A stretch of DNA of 63,055 bases, the filler included, from Reticulomyxa filosa (lineage: Eukaryota > Protista > Foraminifera): assembly GCA_000512085.1 (NCBI GenBank). It is 18 parts of 18 records of this genome, joined end to end, with 100 filler letters (N's around TTAATTAATTAA, not from the genome) between each part and the next. Parts side by side here need not be neighbours in the genome. Positions count along the whole stretch, not along the records: positions 49,282 to 50,420 come from ASPP01008772.1; positions 50,521 to 52,633 come from ASPP01009420.1; positions 52,734 to 55,258 come from ASPP01034794.1; positions 55,359 to 58,693 come from ASPP01011107.1; positions 58,794 to 60,332 come from ASPP01047047.1; positions 60,433 to 61,730 come from ASPP01000468.1; 12 more parts are not named here. One strand, written 5' to 3'. Position numbers and translations under genes: made by a program. The notes beneath the pieces were generated by a model. It saw nothing but the letters and a program-made list of their open reading frames with translations. It was not told the DNA's origin and did no database searches. This document shows positions 49,282-61,830 of this stretch, one piece after another (within the stretch, counting starts at the first letter, position 1; each line of letters starts with the position of its first letter).

Positions 49282-50420
49282 GTGAGCATCCGAAGTTAGA
49301 CGTATCAAAAAAAAAAAAAAAAAAAAAAGCCGTCAATGCCGCCCAAAGATGCCACAACATTTCAGAAAACACAAGACCAAACTGAAACGGATCAAGAATC
49401 TGGCGAACACACATTGCAAGGATATGTTCCCCCTCTTCCTGTTTGGTTTTTTTGTTTGTTTGTTTGAAAACACATTTTAAAAAAAAAACAAAACAAAACC
49501 AAAAAAATAAGGGTGAAACAGATTACACAGTACGGTTTTCCAAAAAAGTGTTGGGGTTGGAGCTGTATTCGGACGAAGGTGGACAGAATTGTATAGTAGG
49601 ACGCTGTGTGTCGCAGGTCGCAATTGAAAATGTTCGCCCTGATTCGATCATTATTCAGGTTAATGGCCAATGGCTTGCCGGACGACGCTTTGCTGAGATT
49701 CGGGATTGCATCAAGCAGGCCGCGCGAAGCCCGCCTTTGGAAGTCACATTTCGAGTTTGGGTTTATTCGCGTCACAGATGAAAGAGAAGAGAGATGTGCA
49801 GTGGGGTGGGAAGAAACAAAGAAAAATGGAGGGGAGGAAAGGAGGAGGAGAGAGAGAGGAGGGGAAGGGTTTAGAGTAAGGGTAAAAAAAAAAAAATAAT
49901 AATAATAAAAAATAACTCACTTCAAACTTTCTTTGCAATAAACAGATACGTCAAAAAAAAGTTGGAGAGTCTCTTCAAACACGACCTTCATATCCGCACC
50001 CGCAAAAAACAACTGGTTGGTATGATGCGTATACACAAATTAATTAAGGTGGTCTCAAGCATGACGTCGTTTTTTTTGTTTTTTTTTGCAAAATTAAAAT
50101 TTTGGAGTGAGTGCCAAAGGGCAGAGAGAGAGAGAGAGAAAGAGAGGCTTTGCACAAATAACGTAAATACATCTTTATGTACGCACACATACACATACGA
50201 ATATAAACAGATACAGTGCATTCCAGTGAGGCTTCAAAACATACTCATGACAATCCATCGACAAACGCAAAGTCCAATGCTGACGATACAAAACAACATC
50301 ACCATAATGCACATAACAACGACGAAGTTTCTGCACATGTTGATTTGACCAGTGATCCCATTTATCAATCTGTTTTAAAAAAAAAAAAAAAAAAAAAAAA
50401 ATATTTTTTTTCTCTTTTTT
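49282..50420 (+). CDS. PDZ-like domain protein (internal fragment)
   Basis: YTVRFSKKVLGLELYSDEGG..CIVG...VRPDSIIIQVNGQWLAGRRFAEIRDCIKQA...PLEVTFR fits a PDZ fold. Confidence 0.6.
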
Positions 50421-50624
50421 NNNNNNNNNNNNNNNNNNNNNNNNNNNNNNNNNNNNNNNNNNNNTTAATTAATTAANNNNNNNNNNNNNNNNNNNNNNNN
50501 NNNNNNNNNNNNNNNNNNNNAAAAAAAAAAAAAAAAAGATACGAAAGTAAACACCTCCACAAAAAATGGACCTGTAAAAGCCGAGAAAAAAAAAATAGAT
50601 GAGAAAGCACAATGGAGAATAGGG

Positions 50625-51779
50625 ATGGCCTTGGCATGCATTGGACTGGCAGTTGCCAGATATCTGCTGTATGAGACACATAAACATATTAGTGCGTGTG
50701 TGTTGGTGGCGGCGCTGATATTAAGCCATCAATATACGCGTGGACCTATCCACGCCAGTCAGACCATATTTGCGGAATTGTGGGTGTGCTTGATACTCAA
50801 TGTTGGCTTGCCTGTGTTTGGCTATTTCATCAATGTTGACAAACCATGCTTGAAAAGTGTTCACGAGTTCTTCGCCGTCGCCAGTGAACTTTGGGCGGGA
50901 AGGTTTTTCACCATTGTCTTTATTTCTTGGTTTTTGGAACATTCGCGAATGATGCTGCTGAATATCTTTCAATTTCAGCATGTTCGTTGTTTATCTGCTG
51001 TTGCTTGTTGCTTTCAGATTTCTCTCTCTCTCTTTTGAGAGGTCAGAATAAGCAGAGGGAGAGAAAGAGGTACACAAACATTGGGAAATAAATACAAAAT
51101 GCTTGTTTTGTTTTGCTTTGCTTTGTTTTTATCTTCTCTCCATAACAATGTAGGCAGACAACAATGTAATTTTAAAAAATGAAACACAATTACAAGCAAT
51201 GATTCAACAAAGGCCTAACGCATCTGGCCCAATCTTAGAGGATGGCAGTGTGTCCTTGTTGCGACAAAGAAGAATGAGTCGCACAGTAGCGGCACATATT
51301 GGCTTTGATAACACTCGCACGCTTTTTGTCGGCGAAATGTTTATTGGCTATTTGTTATTGTTTATATTTTTGTGGATAGGTGCTGTGCACCTTTGGACTG
51401 GATTAATTGTCATCGTCTTAACACTGCCAATGGCGGTGAATTTAATGTATGTGGTGTGGAATAACTTGAATGATCAAAATACCAATCGTTATCACGCCCA
51501 CTTAGTTAATGGAACATGGACATTGTCTTTGTATTTGGCACAAGTATTGCCATTCTTTTCTAAAACAGTGTTCCAAATACTATATGGAATATGGATTTTT
51601 CTAACGACCAATTCACAAGAAATGCAAATATTGAGAAACAGTGGGGTGAAGTACCAGACTACCCATGGCAAAATTGCTTTGTCATGTTGCCTTTGCTGTT
51701 AGTTTTGCCAGTTTTACACACTTTGGTTGGAGAGTACAGGTGGGCAGTCTCGAGATTTATCACAATCATCAATTTTTGA
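50625..51779 (+). CDS. Multi-pass membrane protein of unknown function (partial)
   Basis: Several hydrophobic helices in ORFs 50625-51038 and 51199-51702. Exon joins are not resolved. Confidence 0.5.
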
Positions 51780-52335
51780 ATTTTGTTGTTGTTTTTTTTT
51801 TTTGTGAACCAATTGAAAATTGTATATTTGCGTTTGTCTTCGATAAAGGGTAAAAAAAAAAGGGGTTTTCTGTTGGTAAAGTTTTTGAAAACTGCTTCAA
51901 AAATTATAACATTTTTGGACATTTTGTTACCACCTGTTCCAATTACCAGCGGTGACCAAACAGAAAGCAAATTTCAAGTACAACAACACTTTTGTTCACA
52001 TTTGCTGAGAAATCACAAAACACATTGCCTTCACTTTTATCTCACTCAACTTTTACGATTCAATATTTTTTTTATACTCACAAGAACGTGGAAGAACCAC
52101 AGCGAGAGGGGGGATGGAGGAAGAAGAGAGAGAACCAAAACAAACAAAATAGTGAAACAAAACACTCCGCAATAAGCAAGCTTTGTAATACTAAAAAAAA
52201 ACAACCATAACACACCATTATCTACACTCTTCTCTTTGTCCCCCAATCTCGGAAAGAAAAGGTATGGGATAGAAGGAGGAAGGGGGGGAAGTGGAAAAAG
52301 AAAAGAAAAATGATAGCATTATATGAATTACTCAT

Positions 52336-52633
52336 TTATGCACCAAGACCGGCTGTGTTTGAGTCATCACCAGTGACATGACTTTTTTCAAATTGTCCAT
52401 ATGAATCAGCTTCATAGTTGGTTCCTCCTGGTGTAGTAATTTTAATGTGATAAGCTCGTGACGGAATATGACTACTGTCGATACTGCTTTCACTTAAGTG
52501 CCGTTCTCGAAAGGGGCTTGGAACGGTGCATTGGCTTCATGTTCGTGAGTATTTTCAGGAGAGTTAGAAGAATTGTCATGTTTGTCAGAACTGTTTTGTT
52601 TGTCGTCATTTGAATCATATGCATTGCTGGTTG
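52336..52633 (-). CDS. C-terminal low-complexity fragment of an unknown gene (one frameshift)
   Basis: Reads TSNAYDSNDDKQNSSDK... and, in another frame, HLSESSIDSSHIPSRAYHIKITTPGG...GLGA*. Confidence 0.3.
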
Positions 52634-54377
52634 NNNNNNNNNNNNNNNNNNNNNNNNNNNNNNNNNNNNNNNNNNNNTTAATTAATTAANNNNNNNNNNN
52701 NNNNNNNNNNNNNNNNNNNNNNNNNNNNNNNNNAAAGTGGGCAGCTGTTCAAAAGAAAAACAAATCACTTTTTTAAGCTGAAAAGTTAGAAAAAAATATA
52801 TATAAGACATACTAGTTGTGGAGAGTGCGTTGTCACTCTAATTTCGAGCTGGTACGACAAACAACAAAAAAAAAAAGAAAAAAACCCTTTTTTTCAGTAA
52901 AACGTTAACACTCACAAAGTTTATTCCAAAATTGCAACTTTTTGAAATATTTGACATTTTGACAAATAACTTGGAAAAAAGAATTGTTAAAATTTTTATA
53001 TATTATTTCATTTGTAGTTCTGCAATTGTGGTTCCAAAACAGACAATTAAAAATTAAAATTTTTTTTTAGAATACTTTTTTTTTTTTTGGGTAGTGATTT
53101 TTCTCTACCAGAGAAAAGTTTTCCCTTTCTAGAAAAAGTTCTCTTGGGCATTACGAATATGGTTTTAGTTGTTCTCTCTTCAAATAATCTAACAATCTAA
53201 ACGTCTACAACATGGAAAGTTCCTTCAGCACTGCAGTTCTTTGCAAAACTGCAACAGCTGCCGAAAAAAGAAAGAAGCTAGTCAGTGTGAACACAAGACT
53301 CAAAATAACGACATCATTTGAAAAAAAGGTGCTGTCCGCGATTCAAACAAACACGCTTGTCTATTGTGATCTCTCCTGGCATTGGCAATATTCATTTTGA
53401 CATTGTATATCTATCTTCACAATCAAAGCGAGGATACTAATTTTGTTGATGTTTGTTTCGAAAGTGCATAATAAATGAAATTATTAATAAATAAATAAAT
53501 TAGATATTCGATCATATGTCCTTCTTTTATTCATCGATCGAAATTGATAGTTCATAATAATTGATACGTAGAATTACAAAAAATCATCACACAGTGGGGG
53601 GGTCAATTGTTACAACGAATGTTAATGTACGTATTAGCTTTTTTTTAGTACTATCATGTTTTTATTTATCATTACAGTCTTACGCGTGGCTCTTTATTGC
53701 AAGATAGCAAAATCAGTCTATTGCATATCATCACCTGCAACTAATTCCAGTTATCAGTTTTTTAAAGACAAAAGTGAAAACTAAATCGAGTCTATCGAAT
53801 ATTTTTTACTTTCTTTTAGATTTAAAATATTAAAATTTTTTACGATGAGCATAATTTGATTAAAGATAACGTGTGAGCTGAAATTATTATATAAAAAATC
53901 AAAAAAAACTTCAATTCACAAAAAAAAAAATATTTCAATCAAAAATCAAATACTTGAATCAAATAAAAAAAATTCATTAAAGGCTCGTACAATGGCCGAT
54001 TTTGTGTCATCTTCTTTTGTTGTGACCAGATGTCCTAAAGATGTTTCGATCTGTGATATTGAGTTAAGTTTACGCACATATATCACTATATGCTCTTTGA
54101 TCCCAACAATCAATGAACAAATACTACAAAGAAAAAAAAAACTGGAAACTTAATGAAGCTAAATTTTGTCGAAAAAGTTCTGAATCTTTTGAAATGCCAG
54201 ATCTTGCCTCATTACAAAAAAAATAGCAATAGTAGATGAATACTAACATTTAAAAACAAATGCAACTATTATTTTTTTTGCAAAGCATTAAATACTCAAA
54301 AAAAAGGAATTTATATTTTATATCTCAAAAAGGGTTGAAATGAAGATAAAAAAATTTTTCAAAATCAAAATGGTTTG

Positions 54378-55218
54378 TCACCCCTCCAAAGCCTCCAAAA
54401 CCTCTTTAACAAACGAATCAGTAGGAGATTCACCCAATAATAATCGTTGTTTGAGAGCGTAAACACGTGCATTGCTGTTTGGCTCTATCAACACAAGTTC
54501 GAGTACATTTAATGGATGAGAAAGCCTATTATCCAGTCTCCAACGGTGCCACATTCTATCGGTGAATTCCTCATCGCTGATCTCTGGATCACTAAGAAGG
54601 CGATTCCATAAGTAGGGGAAAAAAGTATCATCATTACTTTTCATCAGCGTCTTAAAATAGTTGCAGTGTTTACTGTATCCAAAAAAAAAAGAAATTTCTT
54701 TGCAATGATTTTACAAACATATCTGTCCAAAAAAAAAAAAAAAGGAGCTCTAACAGGATATTCAGTGTTGCATGAGAATCATTGGGATTGTTATCAGTGA
54801 GCGGCATAGATTGGATGCGGCCAAGGACAGCGGATAAGCTCCTTTCCCAACATTGCTTTGTTTGATTGGGTTTGAGTTTGGGTTTGGTTTTGCATTGCTT
54901 TGCAAAGTGTACACACACACACACACACACATACAAGGGGATAATGCGCACACAGCCCAAAACTTGAAAGAGAGCAGAGCGTCTGAAGTGTAAATGGATC
55001 TCCTGGCAAAATTGGTCCATATTATCGAACTGAAAGACTTCCAACGCAGAGAAGGACCCATTGGGACGATCGCATAACTTCACTGCAGTTTTATTGCGAT
55101 GTAAGTTGTTCCAATCCCATTCTATGTTATATCTAGATTTAAGTTGCAGAAACATTTTCCACAGGCCTGAAGGCCTCTCTGAAACGCCTTTCAATGTGCT
55201 GTCCATGAGTATAGGCTA
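54378..55218 (-). CDS. Hypothetical protein, 3' exons
   Basis: Exon-like ORFs 54670-55206 and 54378-54644 with a (GT)n-containing GTT..AG intron; stop at 54378. Confidence 0.5.
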
Positions 55219-55258
<40 letters not shown>

Positions 55259-55358
55259 NNNNNNNNNNNNNNNNNNNNNNNNNNNNNNNNNNNNNNNNNN
55301 NNTTAATTAATTAANNNNNNNNNNNNNNNNNNNNNNNNNNNNNNNNNNNNNNNNNNNN

Positions 55359-57416
55359 GGGGATTTTGCAATTCACGCACTTTGGAATGAACTCTGGTAA
55401 TGTTTTGCTGTAAGACTTCGTTTTGACGTTGCAACAGACGGAGCTGTTCCTCTTGCTGCCGCACATCAAGATCTCGATTGGAGGAGACACGCGTTTCCAG
55501 TTCTTGTTGTTGCGGTCGAAGCGTCTGAAGACGTTGAAGACAAGTTTGAATCTCTTTCTCAATCTGCTCCAATTGACCGCGCTGTTGGTTGCGATTCACT
55601 CTGGCTTGTTCGGTTTCAATGTCTTTGAGCAGTCTCTGATACGTGGTCTGCTGCTGTGCCATCAAAGTCTCGTGTGACTTCTTCGTCCCGTGACACTCGC
55701 GACTTTCATTGTCGAGCTTCACCTTCTCTTGACGCAGTACCTCCAGATCGCCATGCTTCGCCTTGACCGTTTGGTCAAACTCAGTGCCCTGACTCATTTG
55801 CTTCTCCACCGTGTCCTTCTCTGTGCGCTTTGTTTCCAACTGCTTGCTCTGCTTGTCAATAAAGTCTTCCACGCGCTTTATATCGTTCACCGACTTGTCG
55901 TACTCGTTTTCGCTTTTTTTCGTTTCTTGTTGCACTTCCACCCACTCACGCCATTGCAATTGTCGTCGCAACTCTATTACTTGCTCGTCGTATTTCCTTT
56001 TAATACATGTAATATATACATGTATATATTACATATTATGTATACGTATACATAATGTATATGCATATATATATATATATTTATATATATATGTATAACT
56101 TGAGGTTTTCAATTTGTTGCATTCTCTTTTTTGCTTGCTCATACTGGAACTGAATATGCTTCGATTCTTCACAGATTTTATCGTGTTCGTTGTTCGCTTC
56201 CTCCAACTTTGAATCTGTCTCGTTGAGCTTCTCTTCCATTTCTTGCAATTCGGAGGCCTTTTCCCCCCCCCCCCCACCCCATTTGCATTGTGATGTTTTA
56301 CATTGGCATATACAATTGCATTCGTTGCAGTTTGAATTTTGTGTGTATGTGTGTATGTTCGTAAAAAAAAAAACTAAACTTGCATGAACATGCCAAATTT
56401 GGCATTGTCCTTTGTCGACGTCAAGAATTGCTTGGCCGTTTCTTGCTTCAAAATGACGCAAGGGTTGTCGACACGTATGTTCAATGCCTCGGTTATTTCT
56501 TTGACGGCCTGAAGTCCACTCGCTTTTTTTTTTTGCTGTCCGTCCAACACCGCAAATGTGGACGTCGCATTGCCGGTGCTATTCTTTCGAAGTTCGCGTT
56601 GGATTATTATCTCTTCGCCGTACTTTTCAAACCGTTCTGATCCGGAGTTGTTTATAAACAAACGGATTCGACACCACCTAACAAATCATTTATCACAAAC
56701 AATATACATATACATATATATATATGTATATATATATATATGTATATGTATATATTAATAACTCTTCTCGATCTTTGATCACTTCCACCAACCTTTCGCC
56801 ACGACCTGTTTTTCTTGCAGACGCTCCCAGTCCCATGGAGATTGCTGCTTCGATGGCTGATTTTCCACCTTTTTTTTTTTAACAAAAAAGGAGGAGCGCA
56901 AATGAAAGTTCAAGGTTCAAGCCCCCTTTTTTTTTTTTTCTCCTCCCCCTCTCCCATTTTTTTTTTTTTTAAATGTTTTGGTACGCAACTTCCATTCCGA
57001 CCACAAATGATATTAATGTGCGGACGCAAGTCAATGGAAAAGTTACCGTGACACAAAAAGTTGATCAGTTCCACTCGTCGTATCGTCCCCGGCTTTGGCA
57101 GATCTGCTTCCTCTTTTATCTTTGGAGCGTTGTCTTCCTCATTGTGCGAGGAGTCACTGTCATTTATTGTTCTGCTCTTCTTCTTTCTTCTGTTCCGGAA
57201 CTCTTCTTCTTTTTCATTGTTATCATCTACTTCCTCTTTTGCTTCTATTGCCGAATTCAAACCATTTTCGGCAGATAACTCACTATACGTTCGCTTTTTT
57301 GGCTTTCTTTTGTCTTGTTTCTTGCTTTTTGTTTGATTGTTGGTCCTCTCCAGATCCATTGCTCTTGCTGTCGCTTCAAAATTCGTGTCATCCTCCTTTT
57401 TTTTTTTTCCCTCCAT
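55359..57416 (-). CDS. SMC6: Structural maintenance of chromosomes protein 6, N-terminal half (3'-truncated)
   Basis: GTIRRVELINFLCH...INIICGRNGS|GKSAI (Walker A across an intron), GLGASARKTGRG, LNIRVDNPCVILKQETAKQFL, then coiled coil. Confidence 0.88.
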
Positions 57417-57864
57417 GTTTTGCCCTCAGTCCTTACATCTCCATGTGTCAAAAGGTAAATTATGTGGTCAGAAGAGGAACACACAAGAAACCAGAACAAC
57501 ACACAATCACAGACCGAACGTTTCTTTCAAAACTTCGTCGGAATTGAGAATTACATAGCTCTTTCCTAATTGACGAGGATAGTTCATTATTAGTCGCAAT
57601 GAGCTTCACCTGCCTTGACTAACCGACGACGAACGAAGATTTGAACATGAAGAGTATTTTTTAAGAAGTTGGGCCACGACGAACCTGCCAATTCGTTGGA
57701 AAAATGTTCACAAAAGTAAAAAGTGTAGTCGTTGACATACAAGTTTCAAGGAGAAATAGATATTTTTTTTTCCTTTCGACAAAGCTGAGTGTGGAAGAAC
57801 GAGAAAAAAAGGAGGGGTGACGGGGGAAAAAAAAAAAAAATTATTGGTTATATATTTAAAAAAA

Positions 57865-58617
57865 ATGAAGCCATCATCCAGCAGCAAGTCAGGCTCGCAT
57901 GGTTCCCGGAGCACGATAGTTCCAGGTTCTTCAACGACGATCGTGACGTTACCTATGAATGCAAGTTCGAAGGCGTGTGAGATATCATTTGAGGAGGGTT
58001 GGAAGACAGTAAACAAAGGGCTACAAAAAGTGTTGGAGATAATCGATTCGGACATGAAGGTAACGACGAACACACGAGGGATTAGCCACGAAGAATTTTC
58101 ATCAATCTACACAACAGTATATAACATGTGTTTACCGTCGGGGAAATTATCGGCGCAGTTATATTATGATAAATACCGTGAGACATTGGCGAATTACTTG
58201 ATGAATAATGCGCGCAAAAAATTGCAACGTTGCAAAGAGCGCTTCAACGCATTGGACAGTGAGCACTTTTTGATGGAGTTGGTGAAGCAATATCGCAATT
58301 ACAAAATCCTGACGAAATGGCTAATGGAGGCGCTTTGCTACTTGGACCGCTTCTTCGTCACCAGAAACCGGGTGCCGTCCTTACGCGAAGTCGCCAGTCG
58401 CGAGTTCTATCAACATGTGTTTGAGAGTATACGTGAGGAATGTATACCCATTGCGTTGCGATTGGTTGAGAAAGATCGTGATTACAGCAATGAGAGATAT
58501 GACAACGCAAACAATTATAATTATAATTTTAACAATGATAATAATGATAATTTATTTAATGTCTTCACTCATGAAGCCAATCGACATAGCACGATCATCG
58601 AAAAACGGCTGCGATGA
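57865..58617 (+). CDS. Cullin (CUL1-like) N-terminal repeats, partial
   Basis: ISFEEGW, IYTTVYNMC, LYYDKYRETLANYL, LCYLDRFFV...PSLREV and LRLVEKDR. It probably continues through an intron past the contig end. Confidence 0.85.
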   Translation: MKPSSSSKSGSHGSRSTIVPGSSTTIVTLPMNASSKACEISFEEGWKTVNKGLQKVLEIIDSDMKVTTNTRGISHEEFSSIYTTVYNMCLPSGKLSAQLYYDKYRETLANYLMNNARKKLQRCKERFNALDSEHFLMELVKQYRNYKILTKWLMEALCYLDRFFVTRNRVPSLREVASREFYQHVFESIREECIPIALRLVEKDRDYSNERYDNANNYNYNFNNDNNDNLFNVFTHEANRHSTIIEKRLR

Positions 58618-58794
58618 AAGACTTTGTTACCATGTTTATTGATGTAAGCAATAATGTTTCAGTGCAAGAATTATCCAATAATAACAATAAGAANNNNNNN
58701 NNNNNNNNNNNNNNNNNNNNNNNNNNNNNNNNNNNNNTTAATTAATTAANNNNNNNNNNNNNNNNNNNNNNNNNNNNNNNNNNNNNNNNNNNNT

Positions 58795-59022
58795 GCTATT
58801 CCAATTCATGCTTTTTTTGTCGATGACAAGGCAAAACAAAATTTTACAGCGATAGCTACAGCTACAAATGGCCGGTGCGAAAAATTGGACATTAATTCAA
58901 ATAGAGGCTCAGAGCAATTGACTGATCTAGTCTCTGAAGAAGTTCTCAGGAATGCAGGAGGTGCAAATGGAAACGAGTTTGTGGAAGCATACAGAGCCAA
59001 ATTCTCGAAGTCATTTACTTAA
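58795..59022 (+). CDS. C-terminal end of a vWA-like domain protein
   Basis: Open frame from the contig start: AIPIHAFFVDDKAKQNFTAIATATNGRCEKLDINS...YRAKFSKSFT*. The IP.HAF...F..IA..T.G pattern is typical of vWA C-termini. This frame is not in the ORF track because it has no start codon. Confidence 0.55.
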   Translation, partial: AIPIHAFFVDDKAKQNFTAIATATNGRCEKLDINSNRGSEQLTDLVSEEVLRNAGGANGNEFVEAYRAKFSKSFT

Positions 59023-59759
59023 TACACTTTATCTTATTTTGAAATAGCGTTTTTTGAACGTTAAGATGTAATTTTCTATTCAATGCCCGAAAATTTATTT
59101 TGGTAAATGATGCCAAAAGAATGAGAAAATTACGTGTGAAATGTTATACATTTTTTCCTTTATTTATTAGTTTAAAAAAAAAAGAACGTAGCTAATATTT
59201 TACTGATTTTTGAAAATTTTTGAGAAAAAGTTGACATCGTGACTGTATGGTAACCTAAAATTGCCAAATTTTTTAAGCATTTTCGAAAATGTTCCACTAT
59301 AAATATTTTGCATCAATTTTTCCAAAAAATAACAAGATTTTGCAATGAAAATGAATAACAAACATTTGTTAAAAAAATGCGTTTAAAATAAAAATTATTG
59401 ATAGAGTTAAAAAAAAGAAATAAATGATGCAAAATAATTTTATGTTAAGAATATTATAATTTAAATGAAAATTTTTTTAAATTTGATTTGTTATTTTTTT
59501 ATTTTGTTTTATTTAAAAATTACTTCATAAGCTATGCTCAAGCTACCAGCAATATTAAATGAGATAAATATTGCCAAAAATAAATTAGCAAAAAATCTTT
59601 TCCAAAATAAACATCATTTTGGTTATTATACCATTTTAGAGAATAAAAAGAACATAAAAGAAAAATAACAATAAAAATGGCAAAAATTTCAAAAAAACTT
59701 AGCAATTCTTTATAAAAACGAAAATTCTGTCGAAAAAAGGATTTAAATTTTTAAACAAT

Positions 59760-60332
59760 TAGAAAGATTTAATAAAAAATCAAATTACATTTAAAAACTA
59801 CATGATTTGTGGATATTTTTTAACCTTTCTTTTGCATTACTGATTCATGTGTGTTCATGCGAAATCTTCAAAAGTCATGTGAAAAAAAGATGTTTTCATC
59901 CAATTTTTAAAAAGTTATTATAAAATCAATTTAATATTTTAAAACTACAAGATTTAACCTTGTTTTACATCAACTAAATAGCATAAAGACTAAATAATGG
60001 AAAAAAATTGACACCTAAAACGCCACTTTATGAAGATAATTGATTTTTCCCATAAAAAACAACATTCGATCAAATTTTTTTTATTTAAAGAAAAAGGTAC
60101 TTTTTCAAATTTCTAAACTAAAAACTAATTAACAAAACAAGATATTGTTAAAAAAATTATGATCAAATGTTTATTTTTCGTGGAGTAAATTGACTATCTT
60201 CATAAAGTAGCATATATGTTTTTTTTTTGCAAACTACCATATTGTAAATCAGAAAAAGTCAACACTAGCATGAAACATACAGTATGATAAAAAGAAAGTT
60301 GACACCTAAAATACCACCTTATAGAGATGATT
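59760..60332. repeat. Dispersed AT-rich repeat family, copy 3 (subunits in both orientations)
   Basis: 60151-60240 matches the core. 60001-60080 and 60295-60332 are reverse-complement versions of it. Confidence 0.65.
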
Positions 60333-60526
60333 NNNNNNNNNNNNNNNNNNNNNNNNNNNNNNNNNNNNNNNNNNNNTTAATTAATTAANNNNNNNNNNNN
60401 NNNNNNNNNNNNNNNNNNNNNNNNNNNNNNNNGGAGGAGGAATGTGCAGTGTTGTTAGCATAAATATTGACAATAGAGCATCATTGAGTGATGATGAGTT
60501 AAAGACATGATCAATGGACGCAAAGA

Positions 60527-60844
60527 TTGAATATGGAGTATTGGATTGTTCAATATTTGATAGTAGTCAACTCATTTGCTCTGAATCAATCGTTGTATAA
60601 AGATTCAAATAATGTGTATTGTGTGAAATTTTCACAATACCATTACTATATAACATATTATTTGTTTTTTTTATCATATGACAATAAGAAAATAAGCAAT
60701 TTCAAATATTTTAATCAACATACTGGCATTGAATTGATCTGCATTTATATTTTGTATCGACGACAAAATGTCGAAACATCTAAATCACTACATGTTTTTA
60801 ACGAACATACAGAAACCATTTGGTGTATTGATGACAAATGGTAA
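60527..60844 (+). pseudogene. Degenerate WD40-repeat gene fragment
   Basis: VYCVKFSQYH, FNQHT and VETSKSLHVFNEHTETIWCID are WD40 pieces with internal deletions. Confidence 0.6.
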
Positions 60845-60867
60845 TAAAAGTTATAGCATTGAAACAA

Positions 60868-61152
60868 CTAAACAATTGATTGTGACATTTGCCGGCGAAT
60901 GTGATGGAAATCGTGGGCTTCGAGTCTCCAGATGACCGAGGTCTCGACAGCGACGAGCGTGGCGGTGCGGAGAGTGTGATAGAGCAGCGCGTACTCGCCG
61001 ACCTTTTTGCGGTCATGATTGGCGTCGATAAAGATATCGAACTTGCCATTCTGGATGGAGTAGAACGTGTCACCTTCGTCGCCCTGTCGCATCAGTATTT
61101 CGTCCTTGTCGACGTGCACGCTCTTCATCAGATTGATTACTTTGGAGGCCAT
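60868..61152 (-). pseudogene. cNMP-binding domain fragment (PKA regulatory subunit-like) with internal deletion
   Basis: ILMRQGDEGDTFYSIQNGKFDIF...GEYALLYHTLRTATLVA...IWRL matches a cNMP domain but lacks the GSFGEL segment. Confidence 0.65.
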
Positions 61153-61830
61153 GTGATCTTTGTGTTACTTCCGAATAGATGCTTTTTTTTCAAAGACCCC
61201 CCCCCCACTCGACACTTGCTCCAGTTTTCTTCTTCTTCTCTTTTGTCATCACCGATCCATTTCAGATCAATCCATTCATTCCATTTCTCATTATCATTAT
61301 CATCATTGTCATTGTCATTATTATTATTATTGAGTGTCCACACATACTCTTGTACTTCATTAACAATGTATGTCCTCCAAATGATAACTCTTTTGTCTGA
61401 AGTCGGAGGTTTTGATGAGTTCAAGATTTAGAGCCAACTGAATTTTTTGGGGGAACGACATTGCGTGACATTGTCGATGTCTGCGAGTTTGTCTTTTCGT
61501 TTTCTTCTTTGTTCTTTGCTGGCAAAGGAAAAAAGCTTATTTTGGCTAATTGTAACACAACTAGACTGTAATGAAATGATAGTGTATGTAATATTCATAT
61601 TTGAAGAACGTTTTTCCAAAAAATAAGTAATATTATTGGTCAGATAAGGTCGGGAAAAGGATTAAATATGCAAAATATAGCCCTTTTTCAAAGTTTGAAA
61701 GAATTGTAAATGATGAAATCCTCATTTGTGNNNNNNNNNNNNNNNNNNNNNNNNNNNNNNNNNNNNNNNNNNNNTTAATTAATTAANNNNNNNNNNNNNN
61801 NNNNNNNNNNNNNNNNNNNNNNNNNNNNNN

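Noticed and set aside
56700-56760. (TA)n/(TACA)n self-complementary tracts, also at 5675-5710, 6055-6090, 11865-11900 and 56010-56095
   Set aside because: They are ordinary intronic microsatellites; their palindromic character follows trivially from TA repeats.
12243-61830. Regularly recurring TTAATTAATTAA palindromes flanked by N runs
   Set aside because: These are artificial 100-nt concatenation linkers with six-frame stops, not a biological repeat or CRISPR array. ORFs running into them and gene neighbourhoods across them are meaningless.
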